From positions 10,197-74,196 of IMG/VR virus record IMGVR_UViG_2974801466_000001: 64,000 nucleotides of DNA, one strand, 5' to 3'. The notes under the pieces were generated by a model that had not been told where the DNA came from, searched no databases, and saw nothing but the letters and a program-made list of their open reading frames with translations. Source of the DNA: Haloferacalesvirus Serpecor1. Lineage: Duplodnaviria > Heunggongvirae > Uroviricota > Caudoviricetes > Thumleimavirales > Hafunaviridae. Shown here one piece after another: positions 19,707-28,522 of this stretch. How positions within the stretch are numbered: position 1 is the first letter of the stretch; every line of letters starts with the position of its first letter. Both the position numbers and the translations under genes were made by a program.

Positions 19707-22127
19707 ATGTCCGTAGTCACAACTGAAGCAGACGAAACCGAACAGACTCTCGAAACCCCCATCAAGACCGTCAACGATTCTCTCTCCGTAGAAGAACGCC
19801 TGACCGACAACGCTCTCCACGGCATCCTCCCGGCCCGCTATCTCCGCAAAGACTCAGAGGGCAACATCACCGAGGACGCCGACGAGCTGTTCCGACGTGT
19901 CGCTGAGAACGTCGCGGGGGCCGAGGTATCCGACGAGGATTACGAAAAGTGGGCCGACGAGTTCCAGCACCAGATGGAAACCCTCCGGTTCATGCCGAAC
20001 AGCCCGACGCTGATGAACGCGGGAACCGACATGAACCAGCTCTCCGCGTGTTTCGTAATCGAGCCGCGAGACGATATGGAAGACATTTTTGAGACGGCTC
20101 AGCAGGCCGCTCTCATCTTCCAGAGCGGGGGTGGCGTCGGCTATGCCTTCTCCCACCTCCGACCGAAGGGCGCGTTCATCAACTCCACGGGTGGCGAAGC
20201 GAGCGGCCCTGTCTCCTTTATGCGGGTCTTTGACGAAACGTGTAATCAGGTGAAACAGGGCGGGAAGCGCCGGGGAGCGCAGATGGCGATTCTCCGCGCC
20301 GACCACCCCGACGTGGGCCGATTCATCGTGGCGAAGCGGAATGAGGGCGACCTCTCGAACTTCAACATCTCTGTCGCTACGACGGACAACTTCATCGAGG
20401 CAGTTGACGCTCAGGACTCCTACACTCTCCGCGACCCCGAGACGGACTACGACGAGCCGTACACGGTGCGAGAGGCATCCGCTCACTTCTACTCCCCCGA
20501 GTATCAGGACAACCCGCGAGACGCCTTTGACGACGGCGAGGGCGCAACCGTGGACGAGAACCTGTGGCGGGACTACGCCGACGAGATTGAGTGTGAGCTG
20601 TTCGGTGAGCGCGTCTCCCTCCGCGAGAAGTGGGAGGGCCACGAGGGTCTTCGCCTCGAAGTGGGTGAGCCGATGGAGCTTCCCGCCGCGTTCATTTGGG
20701 ACGTGATGATTGACGGCGCGTGGCGGAACGGTGAGCCGGGCCTGTTCAACTTCGAGGAATCCAACCGCCAGCACTCCTTCGACGTGGAGAAGTACCCCGA
20801 GTTCCGCATGAACGCGACTAACCCCTGCGCCGAGCAGATGCTCGTGGAGTACGAAGCGTGCAACCTCGGCCACATCAACCTCAGCCTGATGCTGAAGGAG
20901 GACGCGCCGACCTACGACGAGTTCCTTAGCGATAAGCTGGATTCAATCGCTACGGGCGACCTTTCCACCCGCGAAGTCGTGGAGTGGTACTTCGAGACGG
21001 CGACGAATTTTGAAGACCTGAATCGAACCATCGAGGCTGGTGTCCGATTCCTCGATAACGTGGTCACGCAGTCCGACTTCCCGATTCCCGAGATTACCGA
21101 GCGCGTCAACGGGATGCGGAAAATCGGACTCGGAATCATGGGCTTCGCTCAGATGCTTTTCCAGATGGGGATTCCCTACGGGACGCAGGACTCCTACGAG
21201 ATGGCCCGTGCGGTCATGCGGTACATCGACCGGAAGGGAACGTGGTCGTCGCACAATCTCGCCAAGGAGCGCGGCGTGTTCGACTACTGGGACAAGAGCA
21301 AGTACGCTGACCCGACCGAGTACCCCGAGTGGTTCGCGGCCCGCACCGGGCTTGACCCGAACGACCACGCTGGCGGGTTCTTCATCCGCAACCACAACAT
21401 CACGACTATCGCCCCGACCGGCACGACCTCGATGATTGGGAACACGACGGGCGGGTGCGAGCCTGCCTACAACGTGGCGAACTTCAAGAACGTCTCCGAG
21501 GACATTCAGGGCGACGACCTGCTCGTGGAGTTTGACGACTACTTCCTTCGGACGCTCGAAGCGAACGGCATCGACGTGGACGCCGTGAAGGAGGAAGCGG
21601 AGACGCTGATGCGGAACAACGAGTTTGAGGGAGTCAACGACCTGTCTATCCCCACCGAAATCGCGGAAATCTTTGTGACCACGCAGGACTTGTCCTCTGA
21701 ACAGCACGGGCTGATGCAGAGAGCGTTCCAAGAGTTCTGCGACTCGGGCATCAGCAAGACGGTGAACCTCCCGAACGAGGCGACACACGACGACGTGAGC
21801 GAAGCCTACCAGCTTGCCCTCGATGAAGACCGACGCGGCGCGGTTATCAAGGGCCTCACCGTGTACCGGGACGGCTCCCGTGACGTTCAGGTTCTCACGA
21901 CGCGCGTGGACAACAATCTGGACGACGAGGGCGACCGCGACGACGACCTGCTTGAGCTGTACCTCAAGGGAGAGGTGAGCGAGAAGGCGGCGGTTCAGCT
22001 CGGTATCGTTGGAGAGGACGACGTGGGTTCGGATACGCTCACTTGCCCGGAGTGTGGTGACGGTGAGCTTGAGAAGACGGACGACTGTGCGGTGTGTCCC
22101 GAGTGCTGGTACTCTCCGTGTAAGTAG
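19707..22127 (+). CDS. nrdJ: Ribonucleotide reductase, class II (adenosylcobalamin-dependent), 806 aa with C-terminal zinc ribbon
   Basis: Motifs NSPTLMNAGT, TNPCAEQ and CNLGHINL. C-terminal CPECGDGELEKTDDCAVCPECWYSPC. Confidence 0.9.
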   Translation: MSVVTTEADETEQTLETPIKTVNDSLSVEERLTDNALHGILPARYLRKDSEGNITEDADELFRRVAENVAGAEVSDEDYEKWADEFQHQMETLRFMPNSPTLMNAGTDMNQLSACFVIEPRDDMEDIFETAQQAALIFQSGGGVGYAFSHLRPKGAFINSTGGEASGPVSFMRVFDETCNQVKQGGKRRGAQMAILRADHPDVGRFIVAKRNEGDLSNFNISVATTDNFIEAVDAQDSYTLRDPETDYDEPYTVREASAHFYSPEYQDNPRDAFDDGEGATVDENLWRDYADEIECELFGERVSLREKWEGHEGLRLEVGEPMELPAAFIWDVMIDGAWRNGEPGLFNFEESNRQHSFDVEKYPEFRMNATNPCAEQMLVEYEACNLGHINLSLMLKEDAPTYDEFLSDKLDSIATGDLSTREVVEWYFETATNFEDLNRTIEAGVRFLDNVVTQSDFPIPEITERVNGMRKIGLGIMGFAQMLFQMGIPYGTQDSYEMARAVMRYIDRKGTWSSHNLAKERGVFDYWDKSKYADPTEYPEWFAARTGLDPNDHAGGFFIRNHNITTIAPTGTTSMIGNTTGGCEPAYNVANFKNVSEDIQGDDLLVEFDDYFLRTLEANGIDVDAVKEEAETLMRNNEFEGVNDLSIPTEIAEIFVTTQDLSSEQHGLMQRAFQEFCDSGISKTVNLPNEATHDDVSEAYQLALDEDRRGAVIKGLTVYRDGSRDVQVLTTRVDNNLDDEGDRDDDLLELYLKGEVSEKAAVQLGIVGEDDVGSDTLTCPECGDGELEKTDDCAVCPECWYSPCK

Positions 22128-22224
22128 ACTGAGTTAATCAGTTAGCAAGCTTCCCCATCGGGCTTCACCGCCCGGTGGGGATTTTTTGCGTTTCGGGAGG
22201 GAGAAAGAGCCTCGATGCGTCTGT

Positions 22225-22425
22225 TCACGAGAAGATTTCTTCAGCGGGGACGTTGCCGTTCTGGTGCTGTTGTTTCTCCCACTCGATTTCGCCGGAGACT
22301 TTCCCGTAGAGTTCGGCGGCGAGGTTTCGGTCTTCGTAGTCGCGGTTGGGGTCGTCCTTGATGTGTTCCATTTCGTGTTCGAGGAACGCGAGTTGTTGCG
22401 GGGTCAACTCCATATAAAGAACCAC
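22225..22425 (-). CDS. Hypothetical small protein, 66 aa
   Basis: Clean acidic ORF between nrdJ and the att region. Confidence 0.25.
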   Translation of the reverse strand: MVLYMELTPQQLAFLEHEMEHIKDDPNRDYEDRNLAAELYGKVSGEIEWEKQQHQNGNVPAEEIFS

Positions 22426-22638
22426 ACACCGTGGGTATATAAAACGGGGGGTGTCAGTCAGGGTTTTCTTTCAGCCAGCCCGATTGTGGAAACTTGGTGT
22501 TACAAGTGCGGCATACGGGGCTATACCCCCTATTTATTTATAAGTAGGATTGTTAGTAGGAGGTACAGAGGCACGCAGAAGGGGTTGTTCCCGGCAAGGT
22601 TAGCCGCTTTCAGGGCCGTAGGCCCTCTCGGTAAAGCG

Positions 22639-22685
22639 CGTCCTTGGTAAGGACGAGAGCGGGGGTTCAAATCCCCCCTCAGGCT
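22639..22685 (+). other. 3' portion of a tRNA-Thr(GGT)-like gene (anticodon stem-loop to acceptor 3' strand); candidate attP core
   Basis: cgtcc-ttGGTaa-ggacg anticodon arm, ggggg-ttcaaat-ccccc T arm, ctcaggc acceptor 3' strand. No matching 5' acceptor or D arm upstream. Lies directly upstream of the integrase. Confidence 0.45.
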
Positions 22686-22901
22686 TTCAGCCTTCACGGG
22701 GCTTCTCACCCCATTTTGCGTGCTTCTTGGACACGAAACAATGCGAACCAAGAAAGCACTCTACCCACAAACGGCCACCCCCGCGCCGTCTTGCGATTCC
22801 GTGAACTGTCAGGACACTATAACTCTGAACCCCACGCGAGCGCGTATCCTCAACGGTGGTGTCCCGGCTTGAACCGCAACGACCCACTCGACAGCGTGGA
22901 A

Positions 22902-24065
22902 ATGAGCGCGGCATCCGAGGATATACCACCTGCGCCCGAACCCATCGAGTTTGGCTTCCCCCTCGTCAGCAAACGGTCGCGCGAAGACCTCGAAGCGTTC
23001 GGCTTCAACATGGTAGACGACTACCACGACTTCAAAGAAGAACTACTGACGTGGCTCGGCAACTACGGGAAAAACCCCGAAAAGTACGAAGGACTCGCCC
23101 GCACCACGCTTGAGAGTACCCACTACAAGCTCGAAACAGTCTTCCGCTGGCTATGGAAGTACGAAGACCAATACACCACCAACTTCACGCCCGAACACGC
23201 GGATAAGTTCATCTCGCTGTTGAATCAAGCCGACTCGATGATTGACAGCACCGTACTTCACCACGCGAAGGACATACGCCGGTACTTCCGCTACTGTAAC
23301 CACACGAAGGGCAAGAACTACGATTGGGAACCCGACGTGGAACTAAGCCAATCGAACGGAGGAGACGAGCGAGACTACCTCCGACGCGCCGCGTTCGAGC
23401 CGCTGTATCAAGCCGCGCTCAACCACTCGTCGGTCAAAAGCTACTACTCCTGTTCACCAGAGGAACGCACCGAGCTGAAACGATACATCTCTCAGCTAAA
23501 GAAAATCCCAATGGAAAACATCGGGGCCGAGGAGTTCAAGAAAGCAAACTCGTGGAAGTACCCGTCCATGATAGCCGTGACCTTAGACACAGGACTCCGA
23601 CCCATCGAGGTCGGACGCGCCAAGGTGTCGTGGGTGAACCTCCAAGATAACGAACTGAACATCCCGAAGGACGAGTCCACGAAGAACGAGGGACATTGGA
23701 ACTGCTCGATTCAGGGAACAACCGCAAACGCACTCGAACGGTGGCTGAAAGAGCGAAAAGCGATAGACAAGTACGACGGTCGGGACGAGCTATGGCTCAC
23801 GCAGAAGGCCCGCCCCTACAACTCCGACTCGTGTAACGGCCTGCTTGACCGAATCATCGAGTCTGGGAACGTCCCGATTCCCGAACACCGGGAGGACGAA
23901 GTATCGTGGTACAGCATCCGCCACGGAGTCGCTACGTATTGGGCGAACCACGTCGGCCCCCACCACGCGAAAGAACAGCTCCGGCACAAGTCGGTCACGA
24001 CGACGATGAAATACCTCCACTCAGACCCCGACACCCGAGGGAGCGCGGTCGAACAAATCTGGTAG
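22902..24065 (+). CDS. int: Tyrosine recombinase / integrase (probable start MSAASED at 22902; the ORF-table start 22644 overlaps the tRNA fragment)
   Basis: Catalytic residues: R in GLRPIEVGRAK, R-H in YSIRHGVATYWANH, and RHKSVTTTMKYLH with the Tyr nucleophile. Confidence 0.85.
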   Translation: MSAASEDIPPAPEPIEFGFPLVSKRSREDLEAFGFNMVDDYHDFKEELLTWLGNYGKNPEKYEGLARTTLESTHYKLETVFRWLWKYEDQYTTNFTPEHADKFISLLNQADSMIDSTVLHHAKDIRRYFRYCNHTKGKNYDWEPDVELSQSNGGDERDYLRRAAFEPLYQAALNHSSVKSYYSCSPEERTELKRYISQLKKIPMENIGAEEFKKANSWKYPSMIAVTLDTGLRPIEVGRAKVSWVNLQDNELNIPKDESTKNEGHWNCSIQGTTANALERWLKERKAIDKYDGRDELWLTQKARPYNSDSCNGLLDRIIESGNVPIPEHREDEVSWYSIRHGVATYWANHVGPHHAKEQLRHKSVTTTMKYLHSDPDTRGSAVEQIW

Positions 24066-24067
24066 CG

Positions 24068-24550
24068 TTACGACGCAACCTCCGCGACCGACTTCAGCCC
24101 GCGCTCGTTCAAACGGTACTCCTTCTTTCGACCGTCCGTGTCGTGGGGTCGCTTCTCCATCACGCCCCTCTCCGAAAGCTCCCATAGGATTTGGCTCACG
24201 TCGTCCGGGTCTATCTCGGAGTCTTCATCCAACTCCGCTTTGATTTCCGTCGTCGTGTGCCACTCGTCGCCGTTGTTCTCGTAGAGGAACGTGGCGAGCT
24301 TCCGCGTCCGTGACCCTTCCTCGAAGGTGACTAAATCCATCCCACCCCCATCCGTCTCTCCATTCACCTCAATTTCCTCTCCGGTGATGTATTCCGTGAG
24401 GTCGATTGGGGACTCCGCCTCGATTGTCACCCTGATGTTCTCGATGGATTCGTTGAATCCGACTTCCTCCATGAACGTATTGAACGCATCGAGGGATTGG
24501 TCGCCCGACAGTTCCAGAGTCATAACTCCGTCTGATTGACTTGACGACAT
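24068..24550 (-). CDS. Acidic protein with C-terminal winged-helix DNA-binding domain (candidate lysogeny or transcription regulator), 160 aa
   Basis: C-terminus WHTTTEIKAELDE...ILWELSERGVMEKRPHDTDGRKKEYRLNERG resembles a wHTH. Convergent with the integrase. Confidence 0.4.
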   Translation of the reverse strand: MSSSQSDGVMTLELSGDQSLDAFNTFMEEVGFNESIENIRVTIEAESPIDLTEYITGEEIEVNGETDGGGMDLVTFEEGSRTRKLATFLYENNGDEWHTTTEIKAELDEDSEIDPDDVSQILWELSERGVMEKRPHDTDGRKKEYRLNERGLKSVAEVAS

Positions 24551-24669
24551 AATCCGAGGATTCGCCGCCCCATCTGAAAAAGTCCGTGGCTCGTCACCTT
24601 ACTAAAACAAAAAAGACCCCCGACCACGGGGGGTCGGGGGTGGCAAACACTACTGTATCTTTAGAACCG

Positions 24670-24960
24670 CTACGCCGACGCTGGCTTGTTCTGCTCGCTA
24701 TACTTCCAGAACTCAGTTTCCTCAGAGTGTAACCGAGCGTGGTCAGCCGCCGACATGAGACTCAGATTCGATGGTCGGTTGTCCCACCGAACTCCGTTGA
24801 GGTGGTGAACTTGATTCTGACACACAGCCTCGAAGCCATGCTCCGCGACCATGATTAACCGATGAATCGCAACCTCCTTCTGGACGCCCTCGTACTCGTT
24901 CGTCGCTATCTCGTAGCCGTGATGCCAGCAATGTCCTGCTGGACTTCTATCGGAGGACAC
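24670..24960 (-). CDS. HNH endonuclease, 96 aa
   Basis: HH-LNGVRWDNRPSNL...H-ARLH (HNH signature with the DNRxxNL core). Confidence 0.7.
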   Translation of the reverse strand: MSSDRSPAGHCWHHGYEIATNEYEGVQKEVAIHRLIMVAEHGFEAVCQNQVHHLNGVRWDNRPSNLSLMSAADHARLHSEETEFWKYSEQNKPASA

Positions 24961-24961
24961 G

Positions 24962-26326
24962 TCACTTCTTGAAGTTCATCACGGGCTTGAGGCGGTCAAC
25001 GACCCGCGCCGTGGGTTCCAGATTCTCCTCGATGAGTTCCATCGGCTTGTAGGCTTCCGGCACTTCGTCGCCGGGGACGACCGCCGAGTACGTCCCGTTG
25101 TCGTACATCCGCTTGCGGGTGGCGTCGGCGTCGAACTGCTCGTGCGCCCATCCACGGGAACCGAGTCGGCCCGCACCGTGGGGAGCCGAGTAGTTGTAGT
25201 CGGGGTTCCCGCGTCCCTGACAGAGCAGAGTACCGTCCTCCATGTTCATCGGGATGGCGAACAGCTCACCGTCCTGAGCGCGGGTGGAGCCTTTCCGAAT
25301 CACCATATCCTCGAAGTCCACGTAGTTGTGCGGGGAGTCGAGGAACTTGTTGATAGACGCATCGAGGGTTTCGGCCACCTCCTGAATCATCAGCAGGCGG
25401 TTGAAGCTCGCGTAAGTCTGAGCGAGCATCATATCGTAGTAGTACCCGTAGGCTTCGCGGCCTTCGAGGTAATCGAGGTCTTTGTTCCGGTCGGCGTCCG
25501 GGGAGTAGGACTCAATCTCGGAGCCGATACGTTCGATTTCCTCGCCGTCGTTGTAGAGGCGAATCTTCTCCCAATCCGGGGAGCCGTCGCGGTTCGTGTA
25601 GTGCTTCAACCGCTCGCCCATCTCGCCCCACTTCACGTCGGCGTCACGGTGTTCGGTCGCCTTCGCCTGCCAGTACGCCGCGACCTTCTGACCGAGGTTC
25701 CGCGACCCGGAGTGAACGACTACCCACAGGTCGCCGGACAGCTCGGACTCAGCAATCTCGATGAAGTGATTACCGGAACCGAGCGTGCCGAGGGAACGGA
25801 GCGCGTATCTCTTGCTGATTCCGACGCGCTTGCACATCTTCTCGAAGTAGTCCGGGCGGAACATCCCCTCGTCCCGGTTCTCGTAGTCGAAGTCCATCGC
25901 GTCGTAGAAGTAGAGTAGCTTCTCGTTCACCTTCCACCACGGGAACGACCACTCAAGTTCGACCGGCGGCTCCTTGTGAGCGCGACCCGTCCCCATCGGA
26001 ATCCGGTCGCGTACCTCCTTGTTCACCTCACGGAAGTCGTCTATATCGGATGGGTGGTCGGCGGTCGATACATCGAGGCGGGCCGCCGTCATACCGCACC
26101 CAATGTCGCCCCCGACCGTCTTCGGAATCACGCGGTCGGTCAGCGGCATCGAGAACCCGACGATACACGCAGGCCCGAGGCCCCCGTGACAGTCCGGCAT
26201 GAACTTCACCGGGTTCTGGAACGCCTCGTGGTCAACCATCTCCTGTATCTCGTCACGGAGTCCGTCTTCCACTTCTTCTTCTGGTAGGTGTACCTCTGCT
26301 GTCGTACTGTTTCCTTCTACAATCAT
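24962..26326 (-). CDS. rtcB: RtcB-family RNA 3'-phosphate ligase, 454 aa
   Basis: NYSAPHGAGRLGSRGWA, HNYVDFED, and metal-ligand Cys/His (CHGGLGPACIVGF, GNHFIE). Confidence 0.85.
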   Translation of the reverse strand: MIVEGNSTTAEVHLPEEEVEDGLRDEIQEMVDHEAFQNPVKFMPDCHGGLGPACIVGFSMPLTDRVIPKTVGGDIGCGMTAARLDVSTADHPSDIDDFREVNKEVRDRIPMGTGRAHKEPPVELEWSFPWWKVNEKLLYFYDAMDFDYENRDEGMFRPDYFEKMCKRVGISKRYALRSLGTLGSGNHFIEIAESELSGDLWVVVHSGSRNLGQKVAAYWQAKATEHRDADVKWGEMGERLKHYTNRDGSPDWEKIRLYNDGEEIERIGSEIESYSPDADRNKDLDYLEGREAYGYYYDMMLAQTYASFNRLLMIQEVAETLDASINKFLDSPHNYVDFEDMVIRKGSTRAQDGELFAIPMNMEDGTLLCQGRGNPDYNYSAPHGAGRLGSRGWAHEQFDADATRKRMYDNGTYSAVVPGDEVPEAYKPMELIEENLEPTARVVDRLKPVMNFKK

Positions 26327-26540
26327 TAGGTCTGTTTAGATAGAGTGTATAACTCTGAGTGTTCTACTACGGTACTGTCTTAGTTGAGTGAACAACCCTC
26401 GATGTGGTAAAACTCAAAGTAGGTAACTAACGGTAGTAAACTACTAAGAGTATATATCTAAGATAGATATTTCGCCCGCGTTATGCGCTCGCGCGAGCTA
26501 ATTCGGATGTTTCGTCGTATAGTACCAGACGGTACTATAT

Positions 26541-26567
26541 GACTTAAAGATGCCGATTTAAGTCTTT
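26541..26567 (-). promoter_or_regulatory. Promoter cassette copy 3 (core only), leftward toward rtcB
   Basis: GACTTAAAGATgccgatTTAAGTCTTT. Minus strand reads AAAGACTTA, 10 nt, TTTAAG. Confidence 0.45.
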
Positions 26568-26572
26568 AAGGA

Positions 26573-26785
26573 CTACTGTGGTGGCTTCAAGAACCGGAGC
26601 GGAACCGACCACGAACCCTTCAAGAACCACACGAAGAACCACGGATAGACGAACATCGTCGCCAGCATATTCAGAAGCGAAACCACCAGCACACCATAGA
26701 ACGCTACCTCCAAGAACAGAAGCAGGAACGCCTGAATCGTGAACCCGAGGTAGAACGAGTAGATGTAGGTGTTAGCTGTCTTCAT
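26573..26785 (-). CDS. Small membrane protein, 70 aa (two hydrophobic helices)
   Basis: Hydrophobic stretches FYLGFTIQAFLLLFLEVAFYGVLVVSLLNMLA. Confidence 0.4.
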   Translation of the reverse strand: MKTANTYIYSFYLGFTIQAFLLLFLEVAFYGVLVVSLLNMLATMFVYPWFFVWFLKGSWSVPLRFLKPPQ

Positions 26786-27039
26786 TTATTCCCGAAGTTG
26801 GTGTCGTTCATCGGAACGCAAGAGAGGCCGCCACCTTCGTAAGCGACCGAAGCGTAGCAGACGACACCAGCTTCCCGGTCGATGAATCGGTCAACCGACT
26901 TCTGATTATCCTCGTAGACCTCCGTAGCGTCAGAGGCGTTTGCTTTAATCGGGGACTCCTCAGGCTGTTCAGCAACACAGCCAGCGAGAGTAATAGTCGA
27001 TACAACCGCAAGTATCAGTAGAATCTTTCTAAAGTTCAT
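26782..27039 (-). CDS. Putative secreted lipoprotein, 85 aa
   Basis: Signal peptide MNFRKILLILAVVSTITLAGC with a lipobox-like LAGC. Start overlaps the stop of the upstream gene. Confidence 0.45.
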   Translation of the reverse strand: MNFRKILLILAVVSTITLAGCVAEQPEESPIKANASDATEVYEDNQKSVDRFIDREAGVVCYASVAYEGGGLSCVPMNDTNFGNK

Positions 27040-27218
27040 TCTTCGATTGGTCTGGTGTGGTAGTTAACGCCGTGGTAGCCGGTCGTCGGAATCGGCTGGT
27101 CGATACGCTCGATGAGCGGCCACGGAAGCTCGTACCGCCCGAACAGGTAGCCGCAGACGTTTCCGTTGTGGTCAGTTATCGCTCGAACCTTCGCGTCGTC
27201 GGGAACTTCCAATTCCAT
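27036..27218 (-). CDS. Hypothetical small protein, 60 aa
   Basis: Translationally coupled ORF. Confidence 0.3.
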   Translation of the reverse strand: MELEVPDDAKVRAITDHNGNVCGYLFGRYELPWPLIERIDQPIPTTGYHGVNYHTRPIEE

Positions 27219-27334
27219 CGGTAATCGTTTCGTCTCCGGGGTCTTCGGGGTTCACCGTCCCGAGGTATTCGCCGTTCAATACAACGTCCACCCACTCGTC
27301 GTGGGTTCCCATAACCGGGGGACTCTCTCCCACG

Positions 27335-27547
27335 TCACACCTCGATAACTCCGATTCCAACGTCCACGGTCGGCGGCCAATTGAAATTCTCGTCGTTCTT
27401 CAACCGGACGTAGTGGGCTACGTTGCCCTCTTTTGTCCAGTAAAAGTCCGTCACGTCGTAGTGGTATGACTGGTCTTGGAATAGAGGTGGAAACTCGAAG
27501 TCAGAATCAGACGGCTCCGTGACCACCTCGATGAGTCCTTTCGTCAC
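27335..27547 (-). CDS. Hypothetical small protein, 70 aa
   Basis: ORF, acidic. Confidence 0.3.
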   Translation of the reverse strand: MTKGLIEVVTEPSDSDFEFPPLFQDQSYHYDVTDFYWTKEGNVAHYVRLKNDENFNWPPTVDVGIGVIEV

Positions 27548-27978
27548 GGCTCAACCACGGCACGAGCAAGCCACTCCTTCGCCGTGTCCAGCGCGTCTTC
27601 GTAAGCCCGGTACTCCGACTCCGAGATGTTGAACCGAATCTTCGAGATTGGGTCGTAGGCATCGTAGGTCGTCAACGAACCGCCCAACTCCATCGAGTCA
27701 ACTTCACACCGAGCGAGAACATCCCGCCGGGCTTCGTCCTCCACCTCGTTGCGGATGTTGTAGAGTTCGTGGAACGTCTCCGGGCTGAAGGCGTCGTTGG
27801 GAATCTCCTGAAGGATAGCGTTCAGGTGGCGGGCAAGCCGAACGTCCCGAGAGGGTTCGACCTCAGGAACGAACTGCTTGAGCGTCCCGACCTCGCCGGA
27901 AACGCCGTCGCCGTACACCGCTTCGTCTCCGAGCTTCGTCTGTTCCAGAAGCTCGTGGACTTGCTCAAGCCGATTCAT
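27544..27978 (-). CDS. Hypothetical acidic protein, 144 aa
   Basis: ORF coupled to dcd. Confidence 0.4.
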   Translation of the reverse strand: MNRLEQVHELLEQTKLGDEAVYGDGVSGEVGTLKQFVPEVEPSRDVRLARHLNAILQEIPNDAFSPETFHELYNIRNEVEDEARRDVLARCEVDSMELGGSLTTYDAYDPISKIRFNISESEYRAYEDALDTAKEWLARAVVEP

Positions 27979-28522
27979 CGAAGTCCTCGTACAGCCGGGA
28001 GGGAGTCGCCCCGGTTTGGTCGCTGTATTTGTTCCCGTTCTCCTCCGAGTAGGCCACGTCCGGCGTCGTCTTCATATCGTGAAGTGCGAGCTGGCAAATC
28101 CGCATCCCGTCGCGGAGTCGAATCGGGTACGGGGCCGCGTTGAACAGTTCGAGCGTCACCTGCCCCCGGAAACCGGGGTCGATGAAGCCCGCGTTGTGGA
28201 TGAACAGGCCGAGTCGTCCGACCGAGCTACGCCCGTGGAGGATACCCACCTTGTCGTCGGGGACGGTGATGTTCTCCTCGGTGTGGGCAAGAGCGAACTT
28301 ACCGGGAGAGAGTGATAGCTCGCTCGTTCTTTCGTAGTGGGCCGGGTAGGTGTCGGCGTCGTCCACTTCGACCACTCCCGTAGCGGAAGGAATCCGAAGC
28401 TCCGACCCGAGGTGCAAATCCATCGAGGCGGGTTCGACGGAGAGTTGTTTCCCGTTCCCCCGAGTCGCCCCGAGGTCGCCCCGGCTAATCGCGTGCTGAA
28501 TATCGTGCTGAGACAGAATCAT
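27965..28522 (-). CDS. dcd: dCTP deaminase (likely start MILSQHDI at 28522; the ORF-table start 28594 would overlap thyX)
   Basis: N-terminal MILSQHDIQHAI and GFIDPGFRGQVTLELFN (dCTP deaminase/dUTPase fold motifs). Confidence 0.75.
   Translation of the reverse strand: MILSQHDIQHAISRGDLGATRGNGKQLSVEPASMDLHLGSELRIPSATGVVEVDDADTYPAHYERTSELSLSPGKFALAHTEENITVPDDKVGILHGRSSVGRLGLFIHNAGFIDPGFRGQVTLELFNAAPYPIRLRDGMRICQLALHDMKTTPDVAYSEENGNKYSDQTGATPSRLYEDFDESA

Noticed and set aside
20341-21788. Multiple 100-340-aa ORFs antisense to or overlapping nrdJ (for example 19854..20873, 20943..21788)
   Set aside because: They lie inside a gene with unambiguous RNR motifs. Their Arg/Val/Gly-rich composition is typical of out-of-frame high-GC ORFs.
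22186-22650. Plus-strand 154-aa ORF running into the tRNA fragment, and the ORF-table integrase start at 22644
   Set aside because: It overlaps the tRNA-derived att fragment and has Cys/Arg/Gly-rich odd composition. The integrase more plausibly starts at 22902 (MSAASED).
22585-22700. A complete tRNA (possibly intron-containing) at the integrase
   Set aside because: No 5' acceptor strand complementary to CTCAGGC and no D arm could be found within 80 nt upstream; only the anticodon arm, T arm and acceptor 3' strand are present. Left as a 3' fragment pending tRNAscan.
26396-26413. Treating the CTCGATGTGGTAAAAC box as part of the rtcB mRNA leader
   Set aside because: It is on the plus strand whereas rtcB is minus-strand, so it is kept only as a DNA-level motif.
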